29,069 nt of DNA from Candidatus Micrarchaeota archaeon (GCA_043813365.1 JBDRLB010000020.1:1-29069), one strand, 5' to 3'; counted from the stretch's first letter, positions 14,060 to 23,836 are shown. The notes: a model not told the origin generated them from the letters alone. Program-made: numbers and translations.

Positions 14060-16690
14060 TCATTTCTGTTCTTTCCCCCCCACCTTCTTTTGCAGCTCCT
14101 TGTAAAGCAGGTCCATCTCATCCGTATCCTTCTTCCCTTCCGCTCCTTCCGTTTTGGGCTTCTCAGCCTCCTTCTTCAGCTTCAATTTCGCAAGCGCCTC
14201 CTCATCGCTCTTCTCTTCCGGTATTTCTATTTCCTCCTCCTCCCCGCCGGATTTCTTCCCGTACTTCTTGTTCCATTCCCTTAAGGCAGCTTCCGTTTCC
14301 GCCCTCTTCTTGTCCAATGCTACACTCATTGCAACATAAGTCTGCTCATCCACGCTCCCCTTCATCCTCTTGTACTGCAATTGCTGCATCTCCTGCGGTA
14401 TCATCTCCAGTATCCTCCTTAACTCCTTCCCCCTCATCTTCCTCATCCGGTATTTGTTGATCACGGAGAAAAGCGAAACCAAAATCAAAACTGCAGATGC
14501 GAATGTTGCAATGAGGAAAATGTCCCTGTTCTGCTGGTCCACGACCTGAACGCGTGAAATGCTCGCCTTCGCACCCTTCGAAAGCTCAACTTTCAATGTT
14601 CCTCCTCCATGCTCCTTATTCCCAACCAGAATCAGGAAAGTGCCCAATGAGGGGGGCTCTATTTCGCACCACACCTCCGCTTTTGCAGCATCAATTGTGC
14701 ATATGCATTCCCCGCTCTGCTCCGGTCCCTTGCATTTCGCGGTTGTTATTGCCGAGGTGCTCTCAACGGAAAACAATACGGTTACTTTCTCATCGCCCCT
14801 TATTGCGCCTTCCGGCTCATATCTCACTGAAGGGAAGGTGATCTCGTTCGGCCTTTCAACTCCCGAACCAACTGTCAGCTCCCGGTCATCCACATTTTCA
14901 TCGGTTTCCTTAACCGGCTGGGCGGAAGGGGTTGAGATGAATTTCGGCACCGGCTTTACGTCTACAACCTGCTTTTTGCAGTAATCCGTGTTTTCCGTCC
15001 ATTGGAGCTTCCCGCCTATTTCAGCGCAGCAATATTCCTTTTCCCCGCAAGTAAGGATGACGTTATTTGCCTTGTTCTGCTGGTCGCATGGCGCAGGGTT
15101 GGCAAAATCGCATTTGTTCTCATCCGTGCAATACGGTGCAAGCCCCAATAACGCAGTATCAGCGATTGCGCAATTTTCAAAGCATTTCGAATGTTCCGGC
15201 GTGAGCTTGCAGCCTTCTGTTGTGCAGGTTCCTATGCCGCAGCCGGAATCCGCACATGCTTTGGGAGCTTCCGGCTCGCATCTACCATCCTTTTCATAAT
15301 AGCGCTGGAAAACATTGTCCTTGCACGTGTTCTGGCTGGCGCAGTAGGTGTAGGCATCCTTTTTGGTAGCGAATTGGTCGGGGCTGCTTCTCCTGTAATT
15401 GCCGCAAACTCCATTAGCACAGCTTAAAATAAAGAAGAAGTAAGCGGTGCCGTTCTTCAAGTCCTTCAGCTCCACTTTGTGGGATGTGGTAATTGCCCTA
15501 TCCACTGCCTGGATCACCGGATTTGATTCACCATAAAACACCGTCCCATCCGAATTCCTGTCGGTTGTCCATTCTATGGTTGCATAATTGGTAGCTGAGT
15601 TCACGGTTACGCCGGAAATTGCCGGCGCCGAGCCCGCATTTGTTCCTGCATCTGTTATCTCAATGGCAATTGTTGCAGGAGTTGCGGCTGCTGTGACGCT
15701 CGTATTTGAGTAAACAAAAAACGCAGAAATCGTATGCGTTCCAATTGAAGCACTTTCGGTGTTCCATGTGTAAGCGAATGGTTCGGATGCGCCCGGTTCA
15801 AGGTGTTTTGTTATCCTGTCAAGTTCGGATGCCCCATCCCTGAATCCGGCTTGCAAATCCTCCGGAAACGCCCCGTTGTTGCCCAGAATGGCTGAAAGCA
15901 CAATGAGTGCGCCCTTCCCAACCGTTCCCGAAGGGGTGGCACCGAAATTGCTAATGTCGACTTTATGCTGCAGCTCTGGTGAGGGGCTTATGGTCACCGG
16001 CCTTTCCAGCGTCATATTTGAACCAGTCACTTCAGAGCACCCTCCCTCATTGCAGCTTGTTATTTTGAAATAATACGTCGCATTGGCGCTAAGCTGCGAA
16101 ATTGTATGCGAATGGGAAGTTTTCAACGCCGGATCCCATGGCCCCTGCGTATACGCTCCTCCAGAGTAAAGCGGATTAGTCCCGGAATATGTCACATTTG
16201 CGTTCCCCGGAATGTCCGTCTCCCAGCTGATGGTGATGTTCGAATATGTTGCAACGGAATGCACGGAACCGGAAACGATTTTGGGGGTTGGGAGGACGTT
16301 TGCATAAGCCCAGAAGCCGACTCCAGTTGAAACACCCGAAGAATTTTTACATGTTGAAATAACGCTTCCGCTTGGGTTGCTATAATAGATTTTTGCACTT
16401 TTAATAATATACGAGCCAGGATTCGAATAAATGCACGTAGCAAAAGATGATCCACACACTAAATTGTGACTTGCAGGTGCATGGGGAGTCTCGCCATCAT
16501 AACAACTAATGCTTATACTTGAAAAAACTACTCCTTCCTCACAATCAATCTTTAAAGTAATTGGAGCAGCAACATTTTCCCCTCCAATGTAAAACGTATA
16601 TTGATTGGCTTCGTAAGTACAATTAAGTGCAAATGTCGAACTGCTTAAGATAGCAACTACGACCATACTTACTATTAGTGGAAAGCGCAT
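14060..16690 (-). CDS. Large secreted, C-terminally anchored surface protein (FN3-like x2, CARDB-like, Cys-rich region, TM, charged tail)
   Basis: Signal peptide MRFPLIVSMVVVAILSSSTFA; two ITISWETD/ATIEWTTD..SHxxxxxxL...T.Y.F.I.SC units; LEPGASEPFAYTWNT CARDB-like motif; TM IFLIATFASAVLILVSLFSVI. Confidence 0.8.
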   Translation of the reverse strand: MRFPLIVSMVVVAILSSSTFALNCTYEANQYTFYIGGENVAAPITLKIDCEEGVVFSSISISCYDGETPHAPASHNLVCGSSFATCIYSNPGSYIIKSAKIYYSNPSGSVISTCKNSSGVSTGVGFWAYANVLPTPKIVSGSVHSVATYSNITISWETDIPGNANVTYSGTNPLYSGGAYTQGPWDPALKTSHSHTISQLSANATYYFKITSCNEGGCSEVTGSNMTLERPVTISPSPELQHKVDISNFGATPSGTVGKGALIVLSAILGNNGAFPEDLQAGFRDGASELDRITKHLEPGASEPFAYTWNTESASIGTHTISAFFVYSNTSVTAAATPATIAIEITDAGTNAGSAPAISGVTVNSATNYATIEWTTDRNSDGTVFYGESNPVIQAVDRAITTSHKVELKDLKNGTAYFFFILSCANGVCGNYRRSSPDQFATKKDAYTYCASQNTCKDNVFQRYYEKDGRCEPEAPKACADSGCGIGTCTTEGCKLTPEHSKCFENCAIADTALLGLAPYCTDENKCDFANPAPCDQQNKANNVILTCGEKEYCCAEIGGKLQWTENTDYCKKQVVDVKPVPKFISTPSAQPVKETDENVDDRELTVGSGVERPNEITFPSVRYEPEGAIRGDEKVTVLFSVESTSAITTAKCKGPEQSGECICTIDAAKAEVWCEIEPPSLGTFLILVGNKEHGGGTLKVELSKGAKASISRVQVVDQQNRDIFLIATFASAVLILVSLFSVINKYRMRKMRGKELRRILEMIPQEMQQLQYKRMKGSVDEQTYVAMSVALDKKRAETEAALREWNKKYGKKSGGEEEEIEIPEEKSDEEALAKLKLKKEAEKPKTEGAEGKKDTDEMDLLYKELQKKVGGKEQK

Positions 16691-16824
16691 AACATACACT
16701 ACTTCCAAGCCCTATTTAATGATTTCAGTGCCGGTCAATTCTGCCTTTTTATATGTTTATACGACATATGCCGAAGGAAATGTTAATATAGAAAAATCAT
16801 TACAATATAACGTAGGTGAGAGGT

Positions 16825-18894
16825 ATGGAAAATAGAAGTATAACCTTACTCGCATTACTCTTTGTGCTGATTGTACCGTATGCAGCGGCTGCAGTTACAA
16901 CTAGTGTAATTTCTGTTGATGAAGGCTCCACGTTGGCGATAAAGCCGGTTTACAAACCAACAGTCTATTTGAGAGTGATTGTCGACGGAAAATTGCTTGC
17001 GACAATGTCGCCCGAACAAAACCGCTATCATACAGTTTCTGAAAACCAATTGTTAACCTTTTCCTCATCATTACAGAGTGATGACCCAGGCGATTTTTTA
17101 GAAATAATCCCTGAAACGCTACCTGAGGGTGCATCCATGCCTTACGCATCGGGATATACTTATATTTCCTCCGACTTCAGTTGGACACCAAATTATTGTC
17201 AAGGCAGATCGGCTCCTTATGAATTCGATGTTAACTTCTTAGCAAATTCATTTTTTGCTGGGATCGACACCCACTTCATCACCGTCAACAACGTCAACCG
17301 GAATCCGGTAATTACTACTTCCCTTCCAACTTACAATTACACAATTCCGGGAAACACAGTTAGCTTCAGCTTAACGGCAACCGACATTGACAAAACAGAG
17401 TGCAATGACGATTCAATAAGCATGAGCTACAATTCGATCCCTTCGGCTTCGGGTATGAGCTTCACTGACCAGGGGAACGGCAATGCTATTTACAGCTGGA
17501 CTCCCTCAGCAGGGCAATACGGCACGTATGCGGTAACATTCACCGCAACGGATTCCCATTCCGGAACGCATCAGAAAACAGTTAATATAGTTGTGCTAAA
17601 TCCGGACGGCCCCACGACATTCGCCAACATAAACGAGGGGCAATTGCTTGCTTTTGACAAGAGCACCGGCTTCATTTCCGGCTATGATCTGGAAGTAAAG
17701 GCGTTAGCTCCTTTGCCAACTGGAGCAACGTTCACAGCAACTCCAGGAAAGCAATTAAGGGGGCAGGAAGGTTCGGGAAGGTTCAGCTGGACTCCGGACT
17801 ATTGCCAGGGAAAAGTTACCGCCTATCAGGTAAAATTCCAATTCTACAACCACACCTCAATGCCCGGATTGGCATGGAGGAATGAGACGGTAAACATTAC
17901 GGTAAACAACGTCAACCGGAATCCGGTAATCACAACCAACCCCACTTCTCCGGTTTATTTGGCTGTTGGAGGCAACTACCATCAGGTTCTGGCGGCAACG
18001 GATGCGGATGTGAGCTGCGGGGATGATTCAATTGCAATGAGCTACTCCGCGAATCCGGTTACAATTTCAGCCACTTTCTTCGACCAGGGGAATGGGAATG
18101 CGGTTTTCGACTGGACTCCTTCAGTTGGGGAAGTTGGAATTCACACATTGACATTCAAGGCGCAGGATCAATACGGCGGCTACAATGAAAAGCAGGTAAT
18201 TGTTGAAGTATTCCAACCAAGAGGCACCGCAACCTACACCATTAATGAGGGGCAGTACTTCTCATTCGCAAGGAACGTGATGGGCTTCGGCGGTGAAAAC
18301 CTGAAAATAGAGCCGTTGCAATCAGCTTTACCAGCAGGTTCGGCATTCCCAATAGCAACCGGAACCACAGCACTTTCGGATGGTTTCAACTGGAGGCCGA
18401 ATTTCTGCCAGAAGAGCGATGTCCCTTACTCATTCACCGTGAAATACTGGGGAAGCGACCAGAATTACGACACCGAAACAATAAACATCAACGTGAACAA
18501 CGTTAACAGGAAGCCGGTGATGTCCGGAACGCCCTGCTACTTCAAGGCAAGGGCGGGCAGGGATACCGTTACTTTCGATTTCACAATAACGGATGTGGAC
18601 GAGCAGTGCTCTCCCTCTGAAGAGACCGCTGAAGTGCAGGTAGCTCTTGCGGGCACCTACGAGAGGCCCGGCAAGGTAACGAAGAACACTGAAACCAACG
18701 TGTACACCTACCAATGGAAGCCGGACAAGATCAACAGGGGGATGTATTCGTTCACGATAACCGCAACTGATTCGCACGGCGGTGCTTCCATAAAACCTTT
18801 TCAGGTGTATGTGCTGCCCTACAGCTCCACACTGCTCTCCACGGACATGGTGTTCTGGTGCAGGTCGGCTGACGAGGGCCTCGGGGATCGATAG
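16825..18894 (+). CDS. Secreted protein with three tandem paired putative-Ig/cadherin-like repeats
   Basis: Signal peptide followed by three units: I.EG..L/F.F..LP.G..F.W.P.Y/FCQ..I.VNNVNR.PV and A/IT.D.D..C..Y/F.W.P..Y/H.TF/IT.ATD. Confidence 0.82.
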   Translation: MENRSITLLALLFVLIVPYAAAAVTTSVISVDEGSTLAIKPVYKPTVYLRVIVDGKLLATMSPEQNRYHTVSENQLLTFSSSLQSDDPGDFLEIIPETLPEGASMPYASGYTYISSDFSWTPNYCQGRSAPYEFDVNFLANSFFAGIDTHFITVNNVNRNPVITTSLPTYNYTIPGNTVSFSLTATDIDKTECNDDSISMSYNSIPSASGMSFTDQGNGNAIYSWTPSAGQYGTYAVTFTATDSHSGTHQKTVNIVVLNPDGPTTFANINEGQLLAFDKSTGFISGYDLEVKALAPLPTGATFTATPGKQLRGQEGSGRFSWTPDYCQGKVTAYQVKFQFYNHTSMPGLAWRNETVNITVNNVNRNPVITTNPTSPVYLAVGGNYHQVLAATDADVSCGDDSIAMSYSANPVTISATFFDQGNGNAVFDWTPSVGEVGIHTLTFKAQDQYGGYNEKQVIVEVFQPRGTATYTINEGQYFSFARNVMGFGGENLKIEPLQSALPAGSAFPIATGTTALSDGFNWRPNFCQKSDVPYSFTVKYWGSDQNYDTETININVNNVNRKPVMSGTPCYFKARAGRDTVTFDFTITDVDEQCSPSEETAEVQVALAGTYERPGKVTKNTETNVYTYQWKPDKINRGMYSFTITATDSHGGASIKPFQVYVLPYSSTLLSTDMVFWCRSADEGLGDR
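17287..17930 (+). repeat. 26-bp exact intragenic direct repeat
   Basis: AACAACGTCAACCGGAATCCGGTAAT at 17287-17312 and 17905-17930; a diverged third copy lies near 18496. Confidence 0.8.
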
Positions 18895-18907
18895 ACGTCT
18901 GAGCTGA

Positions 18908-18921
18908 TTTTTTTTATTTTT
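18908..18921 (+). terminator. Oligo-T archaeal terminator candidate
   Basis: TTTTTTTTATTTTT just downstream of the stop at 18894. Confidence 0.5.
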
Positions 18922-19048
18922 GACGGCTACTGGAAGGTTTGCATGGGAGATCTATGCAAGGAACATCTGATGCTTGAGGAGAGTTTATTTATATATTAAA
19001 ACTACCAAACATATATATTTATATAATTATGGTTACTTCTAACTATAT

Positions 19049-19696
19049 ATGAAAATACCACTGGAAAAGCGGCTCCGGAAGCAGTCCCATAGGGATTTGG
19101 GCTATTTGCAGGACGAGGCATTGGAAATATTATATTCCATTTCGCCGGATTTCATACTGCATGGCGGCACCGCGATTTGGAGGTGCTTTGGAGGAGGGCG
19201 TTTCTCGGAGGACATAGACCTGTACGCGCCTAAACTGCCGGTTGATTTTGGGGAAAAATTCAAGGGAATGCTTGTTTCAAGGGGCTTGCAAATGCAAAAA
19301 TTCAAAACAACTGAGAATACTGTTTTCTGCAAAATCAAGGGAAACGGGGAGGAGATGCGCATCGAGATCAATATTTCAAAAAAACCGCCGGAATATTCCC
19401 CGATACCTTACGGGAAAATGGACGGCTCTTCGATGATAGCCATCTGCCTCACTGCCGATTCGCTGATCGTTGAGAAGGCATCCGCCTACATTTCGAGGAA
19501 GCTCATACGGGATGTTTACGACGTTTATTTCCTCTCAAACATTGTGGAAAAACCGGAAACAGGAAAGGAGCTGGCAGCACTCCTGCGGAAGTTTCCCGAA
19601 CCGCTTGATGAAAGCACATTGAAAACGCTCATATATTCCGGCACTGTCCCTTCCTTTCCCCAAATGATGGAAATTCTGAGGAGGAAATTCCCATGA
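19049..19696 (+). CDS. AbiEii/AbiGii-family nucleotidyltransferase (type IV TA toxin)
   Basis: ILHGGTAI..GGRFSEDID motif, EKASA..RKLIRDVYDVYFL. Confidence 0.88.
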   Translation: MKIPLEKRLRKQSHRDLGYLQDEALEILYSISPDFILHGGTAIWRCFGGGRFSEDIDLYAPKLPVDFGEKFKGMLVSRGLQMQKFKTTENTVFCKIKGNGEEMRIEINISKKPPEYSPIPYGKMDGSSMIAICLTADSLIVEKASAYISRKLIRDVYDVYFLSNIVEKPETGKELAALLRKFPEPLDESTLKTLIYSGTVPSFPQMMEILRRKFP

Positions 19697-20265
19697 AATA
19701 TATATCGATAATCAGGGAAAGGCTTCGGAAGGAACCTGCATTCACCCGGGGGGACATGAAGCGGCTATTCCCCAAAATATCTTCCAATTACCTAAACCTG
19801 CTCATACACACCCTCCTGAAAAAGAAGGAAATTTTCCGGATTTCCAGGGGAATTTACACCTTCCATGACGATGCGCAGGTTGTGGGGTTCGGCTTCAGGC
19901 CTTTTTACTACGGCTGCCAGGAGGCGCTTTCAATCAGGGGAATCTGGGAGCAGGAAACCAACCCGGTGATCGTGACTCCCCGGAAGGTGCGGGCGGGCAT
20001 GCGGCACTTCGAGGGGGGGAATTACCTTGTGAAACGGATAAGCCGGAGCATGTTTTTCGGCTTTGATTTGGTGAGAATCGGCAATTACTGGGTTTCCGCA
20101 TCGGATTTGGAGAAGACCCTAATTGACATGGTATATTTCAGGCAGCATATCCCCCGGGAAGTCCTGATGGAAATGCGAGGCAAGCTGAGCGTGGGGAAAA
20201 TGGATTCTTATCTGCAAAGGTGCCCCGCACGGGTGGCATCCAAAGTCAGGAGGATGCTTGAGTAA
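19693..20265 (+). CDS. AbiEi-family antitoxin/transcriptional regulator
   Basis: N-terminal wHTH (LLKKKEIFRISRGIY), FYYG.QEALSIRG, VSASDLEKTLIDMVY; ATGA overlap with the toxin stop. Confidence 0.82.
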   Translation: MKYISIIRERLRKEPAFTRGDMKRLFPKISSNYLNLLIHTLLKKKEIFRISRGIYTFHDDAQVVGFGFRPFYYGCQEALSIRGIWEQETNPVIVTPRKVRAGMRHFEGGNYLVKRISRSMFFGFDLVRIGNYWVSASDLEKTLIDMVYFRQHIPREVLMEMRGKLSVGKMDSYLQRCPARVASKVRRMLE

Positions 20266-20395
20266 GGGGAAAATGCCGTTGCGCGGGGTTGCCTCCTCCG
20301 TTTTAGCGCCCAATTTTCTCAGAACTACTATTTATACCTTTCTGGAACCGGGAAGGGTTTTTTAAGCGGATTTCCCAAACACAATTGCTGATGTT

Positions 20396-20498
20396 TTGCC
20401 TCAAGAGGGGGTAGAGGCAACGGAATTGAAGGGGTAGGGCAACACGGTAGGGGAAATCTTCCCCTTGGTGTTGGGGATACTTTCCCCCTGGTGGTGTT
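20396..20498 (+). promoter_or_regulatory. Structured 5' leader of the pur operon
   Basis: Hairpins TTGCCTC/GAGGCAA (20396-20420) and CAACAC..AGGGGAA-ATC-TTCCCCT..GTGTTG (20440-20473). A second copy of the 3' arm (20481-20498) contains the GGTGGTG SD-like motif. Confidence 0.45.
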
Positions 20499-20759
20499 AT
20501 GGAAAAGGAATATTTAGTGGAGATAGCCATCGAGAGCAAGCCGGTGCTGAAGGATCCGGAGGGAGGGGTAATTGCGAACGACCTCATGAGGAGGCACGGG
20601 TTCGAGATGGTGAATGGGGTCCGTGTTTCCAAAATTCTGAAAGTGAGGCTGAACGCCGCGAATGAGCAGAAGGCAATGCAGATTGCGGAAAAGATGGTGA
20701 ATGAGCTCAGATTGGCGAATCCGGTTGCGCAGATTTACACAATAACCGTCAGGAAATGA
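20499..20759 (+). CDS. purS: Phosphoribosylformylglycinamidine synthase subunit PurS
   Basis: KPVLKDPEG, VRVSK, LANPVAQIY motifs; directly precedes purQ. Confidence 0.92.
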   Translation: MEKEYLVEIAIESKPVLKDPEGGVIANDLMRRHGFEMVNGVRVSKILKVRLNAANEQKAMQIAEKMVNELRLANPVAQIYTITVRK

Positions 20760-20783
20760 ATATTTGCAAATTCGTGATATTTT

Positions 20784-21503
20784 ATGCCTAAAATCGCCGT
20801 GATACAGTTCCCCGGGAGCAATTGCGATTTCGATGCGTACCATGTGCTCAAAAACGTGATGCACATGAACGCGGAGCTTGTATGGCATACGGAATTCAAG
20901 GAAAACATGTACGAGGGTGCGATTTTGCCCGGAGGCTTCGCATACGGTGATGCACTTCGGGCGGGAATAATCGCAGCCTACTCGCCTGCAATGAGGGAAA
21001 TAAGGAAGATGGACCGGGAAAAGAAGCCGATTTTGGGGATTTGCAATGGTTTCCAAATTTTATGCGAGGCGGAGCTGTTGCCGGGAGCGCTTTTAAGGAA
21101 TGAGTCGATGCGCTTTGTGTGCAAATGGGTCAACCTGAAAGTAAGCACTTCAAGGAGCGCGTTCTCCAAGAAGTTTGCGAAGGGCGAGACATTCCAGGCG
21201 CCAACTGCCCATGGGGAGGGGAATTATTACATAGAGCCCGAAGGGCTCAGGCAGCTAATGCAGAATGATCAAGTGGTGTTCAAATACTGCGATGAGAAGG
21301 GAATTGAATCGAAGGAGTCGAACCCCAATGGAGCATTGGAGAACATCGCCGGCGTTTGCAATCTGGAGGGGAACGTTGTTGGCCTGATGCCCCATCCCGA
21401 AAGGGCTTCCGAGAGGATATTGAACCCTTACAAAAATGAAAAGGCGAGGCTGGTGTTCGAGAGCGTCAGGGAGTATTTAATGGGCAGAAAAAATGGGTTT
21501 TAA
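20784..21503 (+). CDS. purQ: Phosphoribosylformylglycinamidine synthase glutaminase subunit PurQ
   Basis: FPGSNCD, PGGFAYGDALRAG, GICNGFQIL, AHGEGNY, NPNG, MPHPER. Confidence 0.96.
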   Translation: MPKIAVIQFPGSNCDFDAYHVLKNVMHMNAELVWHTEFKENMYEGAILPGGFAYGDALRAGIIAAYSPAMREIRKMDREKKPILGICNGFQILCEAELLPGALLRNESMRFVCKWVNLKVSTSRSAFSKKFAKGETFQAPTAHGEGNYYIEPEGLRQLMQNDQVVFKYCDEKGIESKESNPNGALENIAGVCNLEGNVVGLMPHPERASERILNPYKNEKARLVFESVREYLMGRKNGF

Positions 21504-21524
21504 TTTTACATTCTGGTGTAATAA

Positions 21525-23744
21525 ATGAAAATATCCGGCGTGGAAGTCGATCTTACAAAGGAGGAAATGAAGCACATCCGTGAAAAGCTCGGAGGAAGGG
21601 ATCCGGGGATGGTGGAGGCGGGCATGCTCGATATTATGTGGAGCGAGCATTGCTCATACAAGAGCTCGAGGCCATTGCTCAAGCTGCTTCCTACAACAGG
21701 GAAGCGTATAATTTTAGGCCCGGGCTTTGATGCTGGAGTTGTTGACATCGGCGACAACCAGTGCATCGCATTCAAAATAGAATCGCACAACCACCCTTCC
21801 GCAATCGATCCTTACTCGGGCGCGGCAACGGGGATAGGAGGAATTATCAGGGACGTGTTGGCTGTAGGCGCTAGACCGATCGCTCTTGCAGATCCCATAT
21901 TTTTCGGAAGATTAAGCTCGCCGCAGGCGAAATGGCTGATGAATTACGTTGTGAAGGGTATAGGCGACTATGGAAATTGCACAGGAATTGCAACAATTGC
22001 AGGGGAGACGAATTTCGACCCCTCCTTCGAGCGCAACTGCTTGGTGAATTGCGCATGCTTCGGGTTGGTGGACCGGGATAAAATTGTATATGCAAAGGGG
22101 AAGGAGGCAGGCGACCTGCTGATACTCGCAGGCAGTTCAACCGGGAAGGACGGCATTCATGGGGTCACATTCGCAAGCAAAAACCTGCATGGGAAAAGCG
22201 ATGATGAGCGCCCAGCAGTGCAGATACCGGATCCGTTCCTCAAGAAGATGATCATCGAAGCAACAATGGAGGCGCTTAAAAGCGGGAAAGTGAAGGCCGT
22301 AAAGGATTTTGGCGGGGGCGGGCTTACATGCGTCACTTCGGAAATGGCGCACAAGGGCGGATTGGGCGCGGAAATCGAGGTGTCGGAAGTGCATCTTCGG
22401 GAGCCGCTTTCGGCTTTTGAAATAATGCTTTCCGAATCGCAAGAGAGGATGCTGTTCTCATGCGGCCCCAAGGACCTGAAGGTGCTCGCGAAAATATTCG
22501 AGAAATACGGCTTGCCTTACAAGGTGATCGGGAAGCTCATCAAGGAGAAAAAATTGATCGTGAAGGAGAAGGGCAAGGTGGTTGCTGATTTGCCAGTTGA
22601 GCTGCTTACGGACGTCCCTACGGTCACAATGCCCGTGAAGAAAGCAGCGTACGTTGAAAAAGCGCTCAAGGAGAGGAAGCCCGCAATCCCCTCAAATTTG
22701 AATGACGTGATGATGAAGCTGCTCAAATCGGAAAACATCGCCAGCAAGCACTGGATATATAGGCAATATGATACCGAAGTCGGGGACCGGACTGTTTTGA
22801 AATGCGGCGAAGCGGATGCGGGTTTGCTCAGGATAAATGACAAGAAGGCGGTTGCAATCAAGAGCGACTGCAATTACAAGCACTGCTATCTCGATCCGTA
22901 TGCAGGTTCTGCCGGCTCCGTATTCGAATGCGCAAGGAACCTTGCTGCAGTCGGTGCAATCCCCATTGGCATGGTGGACAACCTGAATTTCGGCAACCCA
23001 AAGAATCCCGAGGTGTTCTGGCAGTTTTCCGAATCCGTGAAGGGCATGGCTGATGCGCTCAATTCGCTGCAGGTAGCATGCGTCGGAGGTAACGTTTCCT
23101 TCTACAATGAGGATGACGTCACCGGGAAGGCGATAAAGCCCGCCCCTGTTGTGCTGATGGTCGGGCTGCTGGAGAACATGGACCTTATCGTGACCCCGGA
23201 ATTCAAATTGCCCGATGACGTTATTGTAATTTTCGGGGAGACGGCTGCGGAGCTCGGCGGGAGCGAATATTACGCGGTGAACTTCAACATTGACGGCGGC
23301 ATTCCTCCCGCAGTTGATTTCGATTCGGAAAAAGCGGTGCTCTCGCTTGTCCACGAGGCCAACAAGCGCAAACTGCTGACTGCATGCCATGATGTCTCAG
23401 CAGGAGGGATCGGGGTTGCGCTCGCGGAAATGAGCATTAAAAGCAATTTGGGGGCTGAAATTTTCATTGATAAGCTGCCCCAAAAGGCGAAAAGGCTGGA
23501 TCCCGACGATTTGATTTTCTCGGAAAGCTATGGGAGGCTCATCGTCACGACAAGGGAGCCGGACAAGGTGCTCAAGCTGGCAACTGAGAAAGGCGTTAAG
23601 GCCGCCTCTGTCATCGGGAAGGTTACTGCAGAAAAGCGGCTTGTGCTGATGGATTCGCAGGAAAACAGGCGCAGGCTTGTGGACCTTTCGATTATGATGA
23701 TGCGGGACGAGTACGAGAATTCGATTGAGCGGAAAATGCGCTGA
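21525..23744 (+). CDS. purL: Phosphoribosylformylglycinamidine synthase subunit PurL (small type)
   Basis: MWSEHCSYKSS, KIESHNHPS, GAATGIGGIIRD, MLSESQERM, DNLNFGNP, GGNVSFYNE, HDVSAGG. Confidence 0.97.
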   Translation: MKISGVEVDLTKEEMKHIREKLGGRDPGMVEAGMLDIMWSEHCSYKSSRPLLKLLPTTGKRIILGPGFDAGVVDIGDNQCIAFKIESHNHPSAIDPYSGAATGIGGIIRDVLAVGARPIALADPIFFGRLSSPQAKWLMNYVVKGIGDYGNCTGIATIAGETNFDPSFERNCLVNCACFGLVDRDKIVYAKGKEAGDLLILAGSSTGKDGIHGVTFASKNLHGKSDDERPAVQIPDPFLKKMIIEATMEALKSGKVKAVKDFGGGGLTCVTSEMAHKGGLGAEIEVSEVHLREPLSAFEIMLSESQERMLFSCGPKDLKVLAKIFEKYGLPYKVIGKLIKEKKLIVKEKGKVVADLPVELLTDVPTVTMPVKKAAYVEKALKERKPAIPSNLNDVMMKLLKSENIASKHWIYRQYDTEVGDRTVLKCGEADAGLLRINDKKAVAIKSDCNYKHCYLDPYAGSAGSVFECARNLAAVGAIPIGMVDNLNFGNPKNPEVFWQFSESVKGMADALNSLQVACVGGNVSFYNEDDVTGKAIKPAPVVLMVGLLENMDLIVTPEFKLPDDVIVIFGETAAELGGSEYYAVNFNIDGGIPPAVDFDSEKAVLSLVHEANKRKLLTACHDVSAGGIGVALAEMSIKSNLGAEIFIDKLPQKAKRLDPDDLIFSESYGRLIVTTREPDKVLKLATEKGVKAASVIGKVTAEKRLVLMDSQENRRRLVDLSIMMMRDEYENSIERKMR

Positions 23745-23836
23745 TGCCGCCGGGTTCGAAACAACCTTAATAAATCCGCATTCCCAAATTAAATCCGCTA
23801 ATGTTTGTTTTCTACGGGGGTGTACCGGGAGGGAAT

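Noticed and set aside
23750..23800. CGGGTTCGAAAC T-loop-like sequence and TAAATCCGC duplicate between purL and purF
   Set aside because: No cloverleaf or full T-stem; too short to support a tRNA fragment or att site.
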